A model generated the notes under the pieces. The model was not told the origin of the DNA, ran no database searches, and was given only the letters and a program-made list of their open reading frames with translations. Position numbers and translations under genes: made by a program. A stretch of 64,000 nucleotides of DNA from contig CAVUDW010000003.1 in assembly GCA_963740355.1 (NCBI GenBank), forward strand, positions 2,080,001-2,144,000. Direction: 5' to 3'. The stretch comes from an uncultured Gemmatimonadaceae bacterium (GTDB lineage Bacteria; Gemmatimonadota; Gemmatimonadetes; Gemmatimonadales; Gemmatimonadaceae). This document shows positions 29,609-42,126 of this stretch, in pieces. Every line of letters starts with the position of its first letter. Position 1 is the first letter of the stretch.

Positions 29609-29649
29609 CGCACTTCACTTCCTGCCGGCGGCACTGGCGTTGCGCACGC

Positions 29650-30363
29650 TCAGCCGCGGCTCATCTCTAGCACCACCTGCCATTCGGCGGCTGTCACCGG
29701 CGCCACACTGAGCCGGCTGACCTTCAGCAGCGCGGTCTCGGCCAGCGCTGGATTGGCCTTGATCTCCGGCAGTGTCACCGGTCGCGGCAAGGCTTCGACG
29801 GCACGCACGTCGACCATGAACCAGGTCGGCGTCTCCGCGACCGACGCGGGATCGTAGTAGTCGTGCGACGGATCGAGCGCCGTGTGGTCGGGATACCCTT
29901 CACGCACGACTTCACAGATCCCGACGATGGCGGAGGGCTCTGCATTGGAGTGGTAGTAGAAGCAGAGATCCCCGAGCTTCATGGCATCGCGAAGGAAATT
30001 GCGCGCGCCAGTGTTGCGGACACTGTCCCAACTGGTGGTCTGGTTCGGCGCCGCCTGCAGGTGCTGGAATGAGAAGACATCCGGCTCCGACTTGATCAGC
30101 CAGTAGCGCCGTTCGCCGGCTTCGCGTGTGTAGACGTGCGCCCATCTCCCCAGCTCGTACGGCATCGACTGCGGGGCCTTCTTCGTAGCTGGCGATTTCT
30201 TCACTGGCGATTTCTTCGCTGGCGCGGCCTTCGCAGCAGCCTTCCTGACCGCCGGTGCCTGCGCCGCTGCCGTCCTTTTCGTTGGCGCCTTCGCGACAGC
30301 CTTCCTTGCTCCTGCCGACTTCTTCGCGGGCGCCTTGGCTCCCGCCTTCTTCTTCGCAGCCAT
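29650..30363 (-). CDS. EVE domain protein with N-terminal Lys/Ala/Pro-rich extension
   Basis: YWLIKSEP, WDSVRN..ARNFLR, FYYHS, W(F)MVDV, SRLSVAPV; about 65-aa AKK-rich leader. Confidence 0.92.
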   Translation of the reverse strand: MAAKKKAGAKAPAKKSAGARKAVAKAPTKRTAAAQAPAVRKAAAKAAPAKKSPVKKSPATKKAPQSMPYELGRWAHVYTREAGERRYWLIKSEPDVFSFQHLQAAPNQTTSWDSVRNTGARNFLRDAMKLGDLCFYYHSNAEPSAIVGICEVVREGYPDHTALDPSHDYYDPASVAETPTWFMVDVRAVEALPRPVTLPEIKANPALAETALLKVSRLSVAPVTAAEWQVVLEMSRG

Positions 30364-30442
30364 CGTCAATCACGCCTCGAAATGGTCAGGTCACCAACGT
30401 ACTTGCCACCGCAAAGATAAAGCGCATTTCGCTTTACGTCCT

Positions 30443-30706
30443 GCATTCCCCGAAGCAGTTCCCCAAAGCAGTTCCCCAAAGCAGTTCCCCGAAGCAGTTC
30501 CCTCATGCAGTTGCAGTTGCTCTTGCTGTTCCCCGCGGCTCCGCGTCCCCCGCGGCTCCGCGAGTTTTACCGTGTGGACCGTTGGCGCAGCACGCACCGT
30601 CGTTGTCCGTGGAGCTGGACGCTCCGAATTGTCCACACTCCCTCACGCGGAGCCGCGGGGGACGCGGAGCCGCGGAGGAACTGCAAGGGAACTGCGCCAG
30701 GAACTG
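30443..30706. repeat. Palindromic intergenic element, copy 1, with satellite tails
   Basis: 13-bp GCAGTTCCCCRAA tandem units; perfect 30-bp inverted repeat 30533-30562/30646-30675; GGAACTG tail. Confidence 0.85.
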
Positions 30707-30749
30707 TGGCGATGTGCTACGTGCGATTCGTGCGCGTTATCTTTGGTGC

Positions 30750-31139
30750 ATGGAACAGGTGCCGACACACTACGACGCCCTTGGCGGAGCTGACGGGATC
30801 GCGCAGATCGTGACGCGGTTCTATGACTTGATGGACACTGCGCCAGAGGCGGTGCATGTACGGGCGCTGCACGCGACGAGCCTCAAGGTGTCGCGCGAGA
30901 AACTCACCCTGTTCCTCACCGGATGGACCGGCGGCCCGCAGGTCTACGTCGAGAAGTACGGGCATCCGATGCTACGGCAGCGGCACTTTCCGTTCGCCAT
31001 CGGCGCGGTGGAACGCGATGAGTGGATGTGGTGCATGGATCGCGCGTTGGTCGAACATGACATGGACCCCGATCTGCGCACCTACCTTCGGCAGCGGTTT
31101 TCCGCCCTCGCAGATCACATGCGAAACCAGCCAGGCTGA
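30750..31139 (+). CDS. Group II truncated hemoglobin
   Basis: YDALGG, RFYDLMD, FLTGWTGGP..Y...GHPMLRQRH.PF.IG..ERD.W, LADHMRN. ATG 30750. Confidence 0.9.
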   Translation: MEQVPTHYDALGGADGIAQIVTRFYDLMDTAPEAVHVRALHATSLKVSREKLTLFLTGWTGGPQVYVEKYGHPMLRQRHFPFAIGAVERDEWMWCMDRALVEHDMDPDLRTYLRQRFSALADHMRNQPG

Positions 31140-31158
31140 CGTTCCGCGCGCCGATCGC

Positions 31159-33096
31159 TCACCCGCCGATCGGCGATCCTGGCACTCGCGGAGTCATGCC
31201 GTGCAGAGCAAGCGCCGCTGCAATCTCATCCAGCGTCGCCGGATCGTCGATCGTCGGCGGCATCGTCCAGACATCGCCATCGGCGATCGACCGCATCGTC
31301 TTCCGCAGCACCTTCCCCGATCGCGTCTTCGGCAACCGCGCCACGACGATCGCCTGGCGGAAGTTGGCCACTGGCCCGACCTGTGCGCGCACCAACTGCA
31401 CCAGCTCTTCGATGATCGTCTCGTGCGCACGGACCACGCCGGCCTTCAGCACCACGAAGCCCAGCGGCAACTGCGTCTTGAGTGGATCGCGCACACCGAT
31501 CACGGCACACTCCGCTACATCTGGATGGCTGGCGAGTGCCTGCTCGATCGACCCGGTCGAGAGGTTGTGCCCAGCAACGATGATGATGTCGTCGACGCGA
31601 CCCATGATGAACAGGTAACCATCCTCGTCGATGTATCCGCCATCGCCGGTGAGGTAGTAGCCCGGATACCGCGACAGGTAGGTCTCGATGTAGCGCGCGT
31701 CATTCCGCCACAGCGTCGGCAGCGTGCCGGGTGGCAGCGGCAGCCGAATCACGACCGCGCCCTCCCTGTTCGGCGGTAGGACATTGCCATCCTCGTCGAG
31801 AATTTCCACCACGTACCCAGGCACCGGCTTGGTCGGTGACCCAGGCTTCACGGGGAATGCGCCAAGGCCCATGCAGTTGGCGGCGACGGCCCAGCCGGTT
31901 TCCGTCTGCCACCAGTGATCGATCACCGGCTTCTGCAGGAGCGCACGCGCCCAGTGATAGGTGTCGGGATCGAGCCGTTCGCCTGCGAGAAACAACGCCC
32001 GGAACCTCGACAGATCGTAGCGGGCGAAGTGTTCACCCTGTGGATCCTCGCGCTTGATGGCGCGAAACGCCGTCGGCGCGGTGAACAACACGCGGACATC
32101 GTGCTCCTCGATCACTCGCCAGAACTCGCCCGCGTCAGGTGTGCCGACTGGCTTGCCTTCGTGCACGACCGTCGTGCAGCCCGCCAGCAGCGGGGCGTAC
32201 ACGATGTACGAATGGCCCACGGCCCATCCGAAATCACTCGCCGACCAGAACACCTCGCCGGGCTCCACGCCGTAGACATGCTTCATCGACCAGAGCAACG
32301 CGACCGCGTGCCCGCCGTTGTCGCGCACGACCCCCTTCGGCATGCCGGTCGTGCCGGAGGTGTAAAGGATGTAGAGCGGGTCGGTTGCCTCGAGCGGAAC
32401 GCAGTCCACCGGCAGCGCTGACTCGGCCGCCGCCTTCCAGTCCAGATCGCGCCCCGGTGTCAGTTCACAGCGCAGGACATCGCGCTGCAGCACCACGCAA
32501 TGCGCCGGCGCATGTGTTGCCAGTTGCAGTGCGGTGTCGAGCAACGGCTTGTACGGCACGATGCGCCGGACCTCGATGCCGCAGCTGGCCGTCAGCACCA
32601 CCTTCGGCTGTGCGTCATCGATGCGCACCGCGAGTTCCTGAGGGGCGAACCCGCCAAAGACCACCGAGTGCACCGCACCAATGCGGGCGCAGGCGTAGAT
32701 GCCGATGAGTGTCTCCACCGTCATCGGCATGTAGATGATCACGCGATCGCCGCGCTCCACACCAAGCGATCTGAGCACTCCAGCGAACCGGGCCACTTCG
32801 TCGCGCAACTCACGATACGTCAGCGTTCGCTTGGTGTTGGTCACCGGGCTGTCGTAAATCACTGCGGCCTGATCGGCGCGACCGTTCAACACATGTCGGT
32901 CGATTGCGTTGAAGCAGGTATTGAGTTGCCCACCCCGGAACCAGCGATACAACGGCGCCGCGCTTTCGTCGAGCACGGTGTCCCACCGCCGGTCCCAGTG
33001 CAGTGCTTCGGCAGCGGCGCCCCAAAAACCCGCCGGGTCAGCGACTGATGCAGCGTAGGCGAGCTCGTATGGCGTATGCGTCGGGTGAGTGGACAT
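31159..33096 (-). CDS. prpE: Propionyl-CoA synthetase (acetate/propionate-CoA ligase)
   Basis: YILYTSGTTGMPKGVVRDNGGH, DHWWQTETGW, LPLPPG, PKTRSGK. ATG 33096 preferred as start. Confidence 0.88.
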   Translation of the reverse strand: MSTHPTHTPYELAYAASVADPAGFWGAAAEALHWDRRWDTVLDESAAPLYRWFRGGQLNTCFNAIDRHVLNGRADQAAVIYDSPVTNTKRTLTYRELRDEVARFAGVLRSLGVERGDRVIIYMPMTVETLIGIYACARIGAVHSVVFGGFAPQELAVRIDDAQPKVVLTASCGIEVRRIVPYKPLLDTALQLATHAPAHCVVLQRDVLRCELTPGRDLDWKAAAESALPVDCVPLEATDPLYILYTSGTTGMPKGVVRDNGGHAVALLWSMKHVYGVEPGEVFWSASDFGWAVGHSYIVYAPLLAGCTTVVHEGKPVGTPDAGEFWRVIEEHDVRVLFTAPTAFRAIKREDPQGEHFARYDLSRFRALFLAGERLDPDTYHWARALLQKPVIDHWWQTETGWAVAANCMGLGAFPVKPGSPTKPVPGYVVEILDEDGNVLPPNREGAVVIRLPLPPGTLPTLWRNDARYIETYLSRYPGYYLTGDGGYIDEDGYLFIMGRVDDIIIVAGHNLSTGSIEQALASHPDVAECAVIGVRDPLKTQLPLGFVVLKAGVVRAHETIIEELVQLVRAQVGPVANFRQAIVVARLPKTRSGKVLRKTMRSIADGDVWTMPPTIDDPATLDEIAAALALHGMTPRVPGSPIGG

Positions 33097-33289
33097 CGGC
33101 TGCGAAAGAGTCACGTGTGTACAAACTGATTTCGCGAGTATCGCCCACCGCGCACGTGCTGTCGAGGGCGATTCACCGAAGAGAAGACGACGCGTGTTCC
33201 CCGCGCGCGCACGACATATGCTCAGAAGCGGTTGCACCGCGGAATCGCGTCGCGTTTTCCCTGACACCGCTCCCCTTCCTTCGACCTGC

Positions 33290-33727
33290 ATGCAATTCGC
33301 TCAGTACAGTTCGCTCGTCGTGCTGCTCGTACTCGCCATTCCCGTGGCCTGTATCGCCTGGACGGTGACGCACGAAGAAATCTTTCGCGAGCCGCGGGAG
33401 TGGTGCCAACGCCGCAGCGAGACTGCCGACTCGTTGCTCATGCGCAAGTTTTTCTACCTCTTCACCTGTGAGTACTGCTTCAGTCACTACGTGGTGGCGT
33501 TCTTCCTCGCGATCACACACTTCACGCTGCTGTTCGACGATTGGCGTGGCTACTTCATCGCCGGCTTTTCGCTGGTCTGGGTGGCCAATGTCTACATGAC
33601 GGCCTTTGGCCGCCTGCGACTGGACATGAAGTATCAGCGGGTCGAAATCGCGGCCAAACAGGAGGCGCTCGGCACGCCTATCGACACTGCCGTTTCAGCA
33701 ACAACGCTGGGGCCCCCGCAGGCGTAG
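33290..33727 (+). CDS. Small membrane protein with CxxC (DUF1360-like)
   Basis: Three hydrophobic segments; EIFREPR...YLFTCEYCFSHY. Confidence 0.65.
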   Translation: MQFAQYSSLVVLLVLAIPVACIAWTVTHEEIFREPREWCQRRSETADSLLMRKFFYLFTCEYCFSHYVVAFFLAITHFTLLFDDWRGYFIAGFSLVWVANVYMTAFGRLRLDMKYQRVEIAAKQEALGTPIDTAVSATTLGPPQA

Positions 33728-33829
33728 CGGAGAAGAGGCCTGGGATAGGCTCAGTCGGACTCCCCTCAGGGCCCGGAACTGACGCTGGTATCTTCCGGCA
33801 GCCGTCCGAACACACCTCCTCAACGCCAC

Positions 33830-35341
33830 ATGCGGCTTCTCGCCACACTGGAATCCCTTGCGCGCCTGACAGCGTTTTCTGCTGTCGGGCTCGCTTTTGC
33901 TGGCTGTGCCACCGCCCCTCCCAGCACCGTCCGGGGTGCGCCAGCGACCAGCGCGACACCCGGCAAGTCCTGGGTACCGGCGCCGGAAGCAGGAGCTGCG
34001 CTTTCGCCCGCTGAAAAGCGGCTTGCACCGCCGGTCGCGACCATTCCGGCAGAGGTCGCCAGCCGCATGCAGCTGCTCACGCTGACCGACGTCGTCGACC
34101 TCGCCCTCGGCAACAGTCCCAGTACCCGCATCAGCTGGGCGCAAGCCAGGGCGGCAGCCTCGGCCTACGGGTCGGCCAATGGGCGCTTCTTCCCGACCAT
34201 CACTGCGGATGTCACCGGTGGACCAGCGCGAGCGATTTCCGCCAATCCAGCGCGGCTCCCGTCAGATCGCGTGACGCTGGTGCCGTCCGTGACGCTCCAG
34301 TACCTGCTGTTCGATTTCGGGGCCCGAAGTGGCACCTCGCGGGCGGCGCGCGAGGCACTCTACGCCGCCGACTTCACGCACAACGCCACCGTGCAGACGG
34401 TACTGCTGCAGACGCAGCAGGCGTATTTCAGCTATCAGGCCGCTCGCGGCGTGCTGGACGCGGCGCGTGCCACGGTCGCCACGGCGAAGCAGAATGTGGC
34501 TGCGGCCGATCGTCGACATGAAGTCGGCGTCGCAACCATCGCGGATGTGCTGCAGGCCAGGACCGCGCTCGCACAGGCCGAGCTGGTGGCGCAAGGCGCC
34601 GATGGCGCGCTGCAGGCCAGTCGCGCCACGCTCGCGTTCGCGATGGGCATGGACGCCAACAAGCCGTTCGAGATTGCCACCGACACGTCCGCATTCCCAC
34701 TGAGAGAGCTGGCCGACAACGTCGATTCCCTCATCGCGCATGCCGAGCGTGACCGACCGGATCTCGCCGCGGCCAGAGCATTGGCTCGACAGAGCGAGGC
34801 GCAGATCAGCGTCGCACGATCCGCCACACTGCCAACGCTGACGTTGGGGTCAACGGCCGGCCGCAACTTCGCCAACGTCGCCACGCTCGAAGGACAGACT
34901 TACGCCCTCACGCTTGGCCTGCAGATTCCGCTCTTCAGCGGCAATGCCCGACAGTACGATGTGGTGACGGCAAGGGAGAATGCATCGGCGGCCATTGCGC
35001 GCGCAGAACAGGCGCGACTGCAAGCTGCCGCACAGGTCTACACCTCCTATCACACGCTGCGAACCGCTGCCCAGCGCGTGACGACCTCACAGACACTGCT
35101 CAGTACGGCCACGCAATCAGAGCAGGTGGCACGCGGCCGCTACGCCGAGGGCGTCGGCAACATTCTCGACGTGCTGCTGGCACAGAGCGCCTTGGCCGAT
35201 GCACGGGCGCAAGCGGTGACGGCGCGCTGGACCTGGTTCTCTGCACTGGCACAGCTCGCACGTGACGCTGGCGCACTCACACCGGGCGGTTCCGCCGGCC
35301 TTCGATTCTCGACCGATTCTTCCCGCGGGTTGCCCCGATGA
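33830..35341 (+). CDS. TolC-family outer membrane efflux protein
   Basis: FAGC lipobox, two OEP repeats (LFDFG; RPDL...IPLFSG...RYAEGVG). Confidence 0.88.
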   Translation: MRLLATLESLARLTAFSAVGLAFAGCATAPPSTVRGAPATSATPGKSWVPAPEAGAALSPAEKRLAPPVATIPAEVASRMQLLTLTDVVDLALGNSPSTRISWAQARAAASAYGSANGRFFPTITADVTGGPARAISANPARLPSDRVTLVPSVTLQYLLFDFGARSGTSRAAREALYAADFTHNATVQTVLLQTQQAYFSYQAARGVLDAARATVATAKQNVAAADRRHEVGVATIADVLQARTALAQAELVAQGADGALQASRATLAFAMGMDANKPFEIATDTSAFPLRELADNVDSLIAHAERDRPDLAAARALARQSEAQISVARSATLPTLTLGSTAGRNFANVATLEGQTYALTLGLQIPLFSGNARQYDVVTARENASAAIARAEQARLQAAAQVYTSYHTLRTAAQRVTTSQTLLSTATQSEQVARGRYAEGVGNILDVLLAQSALADARAQAVTARWTWFSALAQLARDAGALTPGGSAGLRFSTDSSRGLPR

Positions 35342-36522
35342 CGATGCACGTGTCCATGTATTCCGCCTCCCGGACCATCATCGCGCTGAGCGTCGGCCTT
35401 GCCGCCTGCAGCAAGCCGGAAGCGCCGGCGAAGGCACCGGTCGCCGTCACGGTGGCGACCTCCGTGAAGGGTGAAGCGCCGTACATCGTCGCCGCGAACG
35501 GGGTCGTCGAGCCGCTGCAGTCAGTGGCCATCCAGTCGCAGGTGGGTGGCGTGTTGACGCGCGTGCACTTCAAGGAAGGCGATGAAGTCACGCAGGGTCA
35601 GGTGCTGTTCTCGATCGACGCACGTCCCTACCAGGCGGCGCTGAATCAGGCGCAGGCGATGCTGGCGCGCGATGTTGCTCAGGCCGCGAATGCGAAGCGT
35701 GATGCTGAGCGATACGCCGCGCTGGTGGAGAAGGACTTCGTGACGCGATCGCAGGCTGACCAGGCGACCGCCAATGCCGCCGCGCTGGCCGCCGTCGTGG
35801 ACGCCGATCGCGCCACCGTCGAGACGCAGCGGTTCAACCTCGACAACGCCACCATCCGAGCACCCATCACGGGCAAGACCGGCAGCCTGCTGGTGCGCGC
35901 GGGGAACCTCGTGCGTCCAGGCGCTGCACCGCCGCTGGTCGTGATCAACCAGATCCGCCCGATCCTCGTCCGCTTCGCCGTGCCGGACCGCGAATTCCCG
36001 CAGGTGCAGCGTTATGCCATCGGCAAGGCCCTGCCGGCGCGTGCCATTCACACCACGGGTGACGGCAGTGCCGCAGTTGGTTCGTTGAGCTTCGTGGACA
36101 ACGGAGTCGACAGCACGACGGGAACGGTCTTGCTCAAGGCCCGCTTCGACAACGGTGATCGTCAGCTCTGGCCGGGGCAGTTCGTGCGCGTGGAGCTCGA
36201 GCTGTTCACGGAGCCGAGCGCAGTGCTGGTGCCGGCGCAGGCCGTGCAGACCAGCCAGACCGGCTCCTTCGTGTTCACGATCGACGAGAAGGGCAAGGCG
36301 GTGATGCGACCGGTCACTGCGGGCCGAACGGTGGGTGACCAGATGGTGATCGAGCAGGGCTTGAAGGTCGGCGAACGCGTGGTGACCGATGGCCAGGGTA
36401 AGCTGGCACCGGGCTCGAAGGTTGCCATCAAGGACACGCCGGCGCCGCGACGTGGCGACGCCCCGATCAAGGATGGCGCAGCGGCTCGCGCCGTGGATGC
36501 GAAGGGAGGTGTCGCGCCGTGA
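35338..36522 (+). CDS. RND periplasmic adaptor (MdtA-like)
   Basis: LAAC lipobox, FKEGDEV, IRAPITG, TTGTV.LKARF, LWPGQFV. Confidence 0.9.
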   Translation: MTMHVSMYSASRTIIALSVGLAACSKPEAPAKAPVAVTVATSVKGEAPYIVAANGVVEPLQSVAIQSQVGGVLTRVHFKEGDEVTQGQVLFSIDARPYQAALNQAQAMLARDVAQAANAKRDAERYAALVEKDFVTRSQADQATANAAALAAVVDADRATVETQRFNLDNATIRAPITGKTGSLLVRAGNLVRPGAAPPLVVINQIRPILVRFAVPDREFPQVQRYAIGKALPARAIHTTGDGSAAVGSLSFVDNGVDSTTGTVLLKARFDNGDRQLWPGQFVRVELELFTEPSAVLVPAQAVQTSQTGSFVFTIDEKGKAVMRPVTAGRTVGDQMVIEQGLKVGERVVTDGQGKLAPGSKVAIKDTPAPRRGDAPIKDGAAARAVDAKGGVAP

Positions 36523-39500
36523 ACTTCACCGCGTTGTTCATCAAGCGGCCGGTCATGACCACGCTGGTCATGCTGGCCATCCTGGCGTTCGGCACGATGT
36601 CCTATCAGAAGCTCGCCGTCAGCGACCTTCCGAACGTGGACTATCCGACGCTGACCGTGTCGGCAGCGCTGCCCGGCGCGAGCCCGGAAACGATGGCCTC
36701 GGCCGTCGCCACGCCGCTCGAGAAGCAGTTCACGACGATTGCTGGCATCGACAACATGGTCAGCAGCAGTTCGCTGGGCAGCACGAACATCACCATCCAG
36801 TTCACGCTCGACCGCAGCATCGACGCCGCCGCGCAGGACGTGCAGGCCGCCATTTCGAAGACGCTGCGCGACCTGCCACCCGGCATCGTCCCGCCGTCGC
36901 TGCAGAAGACCAATCCCGCCGACGAGCCGTTTCTCTACCTGAACCTGCGCAGCAAGACGCTGCCGCTGTCAGCGCTCGATGAATACGGACAGACCGTGCT
37001 TGGCCAGCGGATCTCGACCATCAGCGGCGTGGCGCAGGTCACGATCTTCGGCAGCCAGAAGTACGCCGCGCGCATCCAGCTCGACCCGCGCGCGCTGGCG
37101 GCCCGTGGAATCGGCATCGACGAAGTCGCGACGGCGGCGGCGCAGGGCAACGTCAACCTGCCGACCGGCGTGTTGTGGGGCGCCAACAAGGCGTACACGC
37201 TGAAGGCGGACGGTCAGCTCGAGAACGCCGCCGAATTCGGCGAATTGATCGTCGCCTACCGCAATGGCAACCCGGTGCGGCTGCGCGATCTCGGCAAGGT
37301 GAAGGACGATGTGCAGAGCAACAAGGTCGCGGCCTGGTTCAATGACACCCGGTCGATCACGCTCGCGGTGCAGAAGCAGCCAGGCACCAACACGGTGCAG
37401 GTGGCGGACGCCGTCAACAAGCTGCTGCCGGTCCTGCGCGCACAGATGCCGGAGTCGGTCGAGATCGAGACCTTCTTCGATCGATCGGAAGGCATTCGCG
37501 AATCGGTGGCCGACGTCAAGTTCACGCTGATGCTGACGCTCTGCCTGGTGGTGCTGGTGATCTTCCTCTTCCTGCGCAATGTGTCGGCGACGATCATCCC
37601 CAGCCTGGCGCTGCCGATGTCGCTGGTGGGCACGTTCGCAGTGATGTGGGCGCTGGACTACAGCCTCGACAACCTCTCGCTGATGGCGCTCACGCTGGCA
37701 GTCGGCTTCGTGGTGGACGACGCGATCGTGATGCTGGAGAACATCGTGCGCCACATCGAGATGGGGAAGACGCCGCTCCAGGCGTCACTCGACGGCGCGA
37801 AGGAAATCGGCTTCACGATCATCTCGATGACGATCTCGCTGACGGCGGTGTTCATTCCGCTGCTGTTCATGAGCGGCATCGTCGGGCGGCTCTTCCACGA
37901 GTTCGCCGTCACGATTGCCGCCGCGATCCTCGTCTCGGGCTTCGTGTCGCTGACGCTGATCCCGATGCTCTGCGCCCGCTTCCTCAAGAGCGGATCACAT
38001 GGCGAGCGCGAGATGCACAACCCGGTGTTCGATGCCTTCGAGCGCGGCTACGAGTGGGTGCTGCACCGATACGAGACGTCACTGCGCTGGGCGATGGCGC
38101 ACCGTCGCTCTGTGATGGTGTTTTCCGCCGTGGTGCTGGTCGGTACGGGTGTGCTCTACTCGGTTGTGCCAAAGGGCTTCATCCCCAGCGAAGACACGGG
38201 GCGTATCCGCTCCTCGACGGAAACCGCGCAGGGCACGTCGTTCGAGGCGATGATCAGGCATCAGGAGGAGGCCGCCGCACGTATCCGGAAGAACCCGTAC
38301 GTCGATGCGGTGCTCTCGAACATCGGCACCGGATCAGGCAACTCGACCGGCCTCGCGAACCAGGGCCGCCTCACGGTGCGCCTCAAGCCACGCGGCCAGC
38401 GACCTGACGCGGAAACGATGGTGCGGATGTTCTCCAAGGAGACCTCCGACCTGCCCGGCATGTCGGTGTACTGGCAGAACACGCCAATCATCCAGCTCGG
38501 CGGTCGCACGGCCAAGGCGCTCTATCAGTACACGTTGCAGGGTGCCGATCTCGACGCGCTCTACCCAGCCGCGCAGGCGCTGGAAGCGAAAATGAAGACA
38601 TTGCCGGCATTGACCGACGTGTCGACCGACTTGCAGATCCGCAACCCGCAAGCGTCGCTGACGATCGATCGCGATCACGCCGCGCGCCTCGGCGTGACGG
38701 CGGAACAGATCGAGCAGGCGCTCTACAATGCATACGGATCACGACAGGTCTCGACGATCTACACCCCGAACAACCAGTACTGGGTGATCATGGAGCTGTT
38801 GCCGGAGTTCCAGACCGATCTCTCGGCACTGGACCTGCTCTACGTCCGGTCAAAGACAGGGGTGTTGGTGCCGCTGTCGAGTGTCACGCGGTCGACCATG
38901 ACGATCGGCCCGCAGCTGGTGAATCATACCGGGCAGATTCCGTCGGTCACGCTGTCGTTCAACCTCCGTGAAGGGGCGTCGCTGGGTCAGGCCGTGACGG
39001 AAGTCGAACGCGCCTCGAGCGAGTTGCTTCCCGACGGCATCACCACCGGCTTCGCGGGCGCCGCACAGGCTTTCCAGGACACGCAGCGCGGCCTCGGTGT
39101 GCTGTTCATCGTCGCGATCTTCGTGATCTACATCGTGCTCGGCATTCTCTACGAAAGCTTCATCCATCCGATCACCATTCTCTCCGGCATTCCGTTCGCC
39201 GCCTTTGGCGCCTTCCTCGCTCTGATCCTGACGCGCACGGAGCTGAGCGTCTACGCGTGGGTGGGCGTGATCCTGCTGGTGGGACTGGTGAAGAAGAACG
39301 CGATCATGATGATCGACTTCGCCCAGGAGGTGGAGAAGAAGGAGGGCAAGAGCGCCTTCGATGCGATCTTCGAAGCCTGCATGGTGCGATTCCGCCCGAT
39401 CAGCATGACGACGATGGCAGCGCTCGTCGGCACGCTGCCGATTGCCCTCGGTGCCGGTGCCGGTGCCGAGTCGCGCCGACCGCTCGGCATCGCGGTGGTC

Positions 39501-39695
39501 GGCGGGCTCGCCTTCTCGCAGCTGATCACGCTCTACGTGACACCGGTCGTCTACACCTACTTCGATGACTTCTCGCGTCGCATGAAGCGCCGCCGGGACA
39601 GCGAGTCTGCAGCGCAGGTAGATACCACACCGTTCCGTCCGGGTACACCGCAGCCGGTCGCGGCCTCGGTCATCGCACCCATCAGCGCGTCGTAG
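36519..39695 (+). CDS. RND efflux permease (MdtB/MdtC-like)
   Basis: FIKRPVMTTL, PGASPETMA, VVDDAIVMLEN, KKNAIMMIDFA, RFRPISMTT. Confidence 0.93.
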   Translation: MNFTALFIKRPVMTTLVMLAILAFGTMSYQKLAVSDLPNVDYPTLTVSAALPGASPETMASAVATPLEKQFTTIAGIDNMVSSSSLGSTNITIQFTLDRSIDAAAQDVQAAISKTLRDLPPGIVPPSLQKTNPADEPFLYLNLRSKTLPLSALDEYGQTVLGQRISTISGVAQVTIFGSQKYAARIQLDPRALAARGIGIDEVATAAAQGNVNLPTGVLWGANKAYTLKADGQLENAAEFGELIVAYRNGNPVRLRDLGKVKDDVQSNKVAAWFNDTRSITLAVQKQPGTNTVQVADAVNKLLPVLRAQMPESVEIETFFDRSEGIRESVADVKFTLMLTLCLVVLVIFLFLRNVSATIIPSLALPMSLVGTFAVMWALDYSLDNLSLMALTLAVGFVVDDAIVMLENIVRHIEMGKTPLQASLDGAKEIGFTIISMTISLTAVFIPLLFMSGIVGRLFHEFAVTIAAAILVSGFVSLTLIPMLCARFLKSGSHGEREMHNPVFDAFERGYEWVLHRYETSLRWAMAHRRSVMVFSAVVLVGTGVLYSVVPKGFIPSEDTGRIRSSTETAQGTSFEAMIRHQEEAAARIRKNPYVDAVLSNIGTGSGNSTGLANQGRLTVRLKPRGQRPDAETMVRMFSKETSDLPGMSVYWQNTPIIQLGGRTAKALYQYTLQGADLDALYPAAQALEAKMKTLPALTDVSTDLQIRNPQASLTIDRDHAARLGVTAEQIEQALYNAYGSRQVSTIYTPNNQYWVIMELLPEFQTDLSALDLLYVRSKTGVLVPLSSVTRSTMTIGPQLVNHTGQIPSVTLSFNLREGASLGQAVTEVERASSELLPDGITTGFAGAAQAFQDTQRGLGVLFIVAIFVIYIVLGILYESFIHPITILSGIPFAAFGAFLALILTRTELSVYAWVGVILLVGLVKKNAIMMIDFAQEVEKKEGKSAFDAIFEACMVRFRPISMTTMAALVGTLPIALGAGAGAESRRPLGIAVVGGLAFSQLITLYVTPVVYTYFDDFSRRMKRRRDSESAAQVDTTPFRPGTPQPVAASVIAPISAS

Positions 39696-39714
39696 CCGAG
39701 GGGCGACAGGCCGC

Positions 39715-41847
<2,133 letters not shown>

Positions 41848-42126
41848 CGACCTGTCGCCTCGCAGTGGGCGAACGTGCTCACGACAGTCAGCGCCAGCAG
41901 AGGCCTGATGTGACCGACGACGCGCTGGCGTGGCATGCGGAAGTGCTGGAGAGTGATGCGGGCGCGCGCGTCAGCGACGGCCCAACCGCCTCACAGGAGA
42001 ATATCTCGGCAACCACCACGGCGCGACCGCAGCCCCGCCCCGATCCGCCGCGCCACGCGATGCACAACTTCGTTAGAACTTTCACACCAATGGATCGGCC
42101 ACGCGCACGTGGCCGATGGTCGTCCG

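Noticed and set aside
30255..30749. N-terminal extension of the truncated hemoglobin ORF
   Set aside because: It runs through repeat DNA and overlaps the EVE gene; globin similarity starts at ATG 30750.
41848..42126. Possible small gene or ncRNA in the 280-bp gap
   Set aside because: The overlapping ORFs lack RBS, motifs or convincing composition, and no clear structure is visible.
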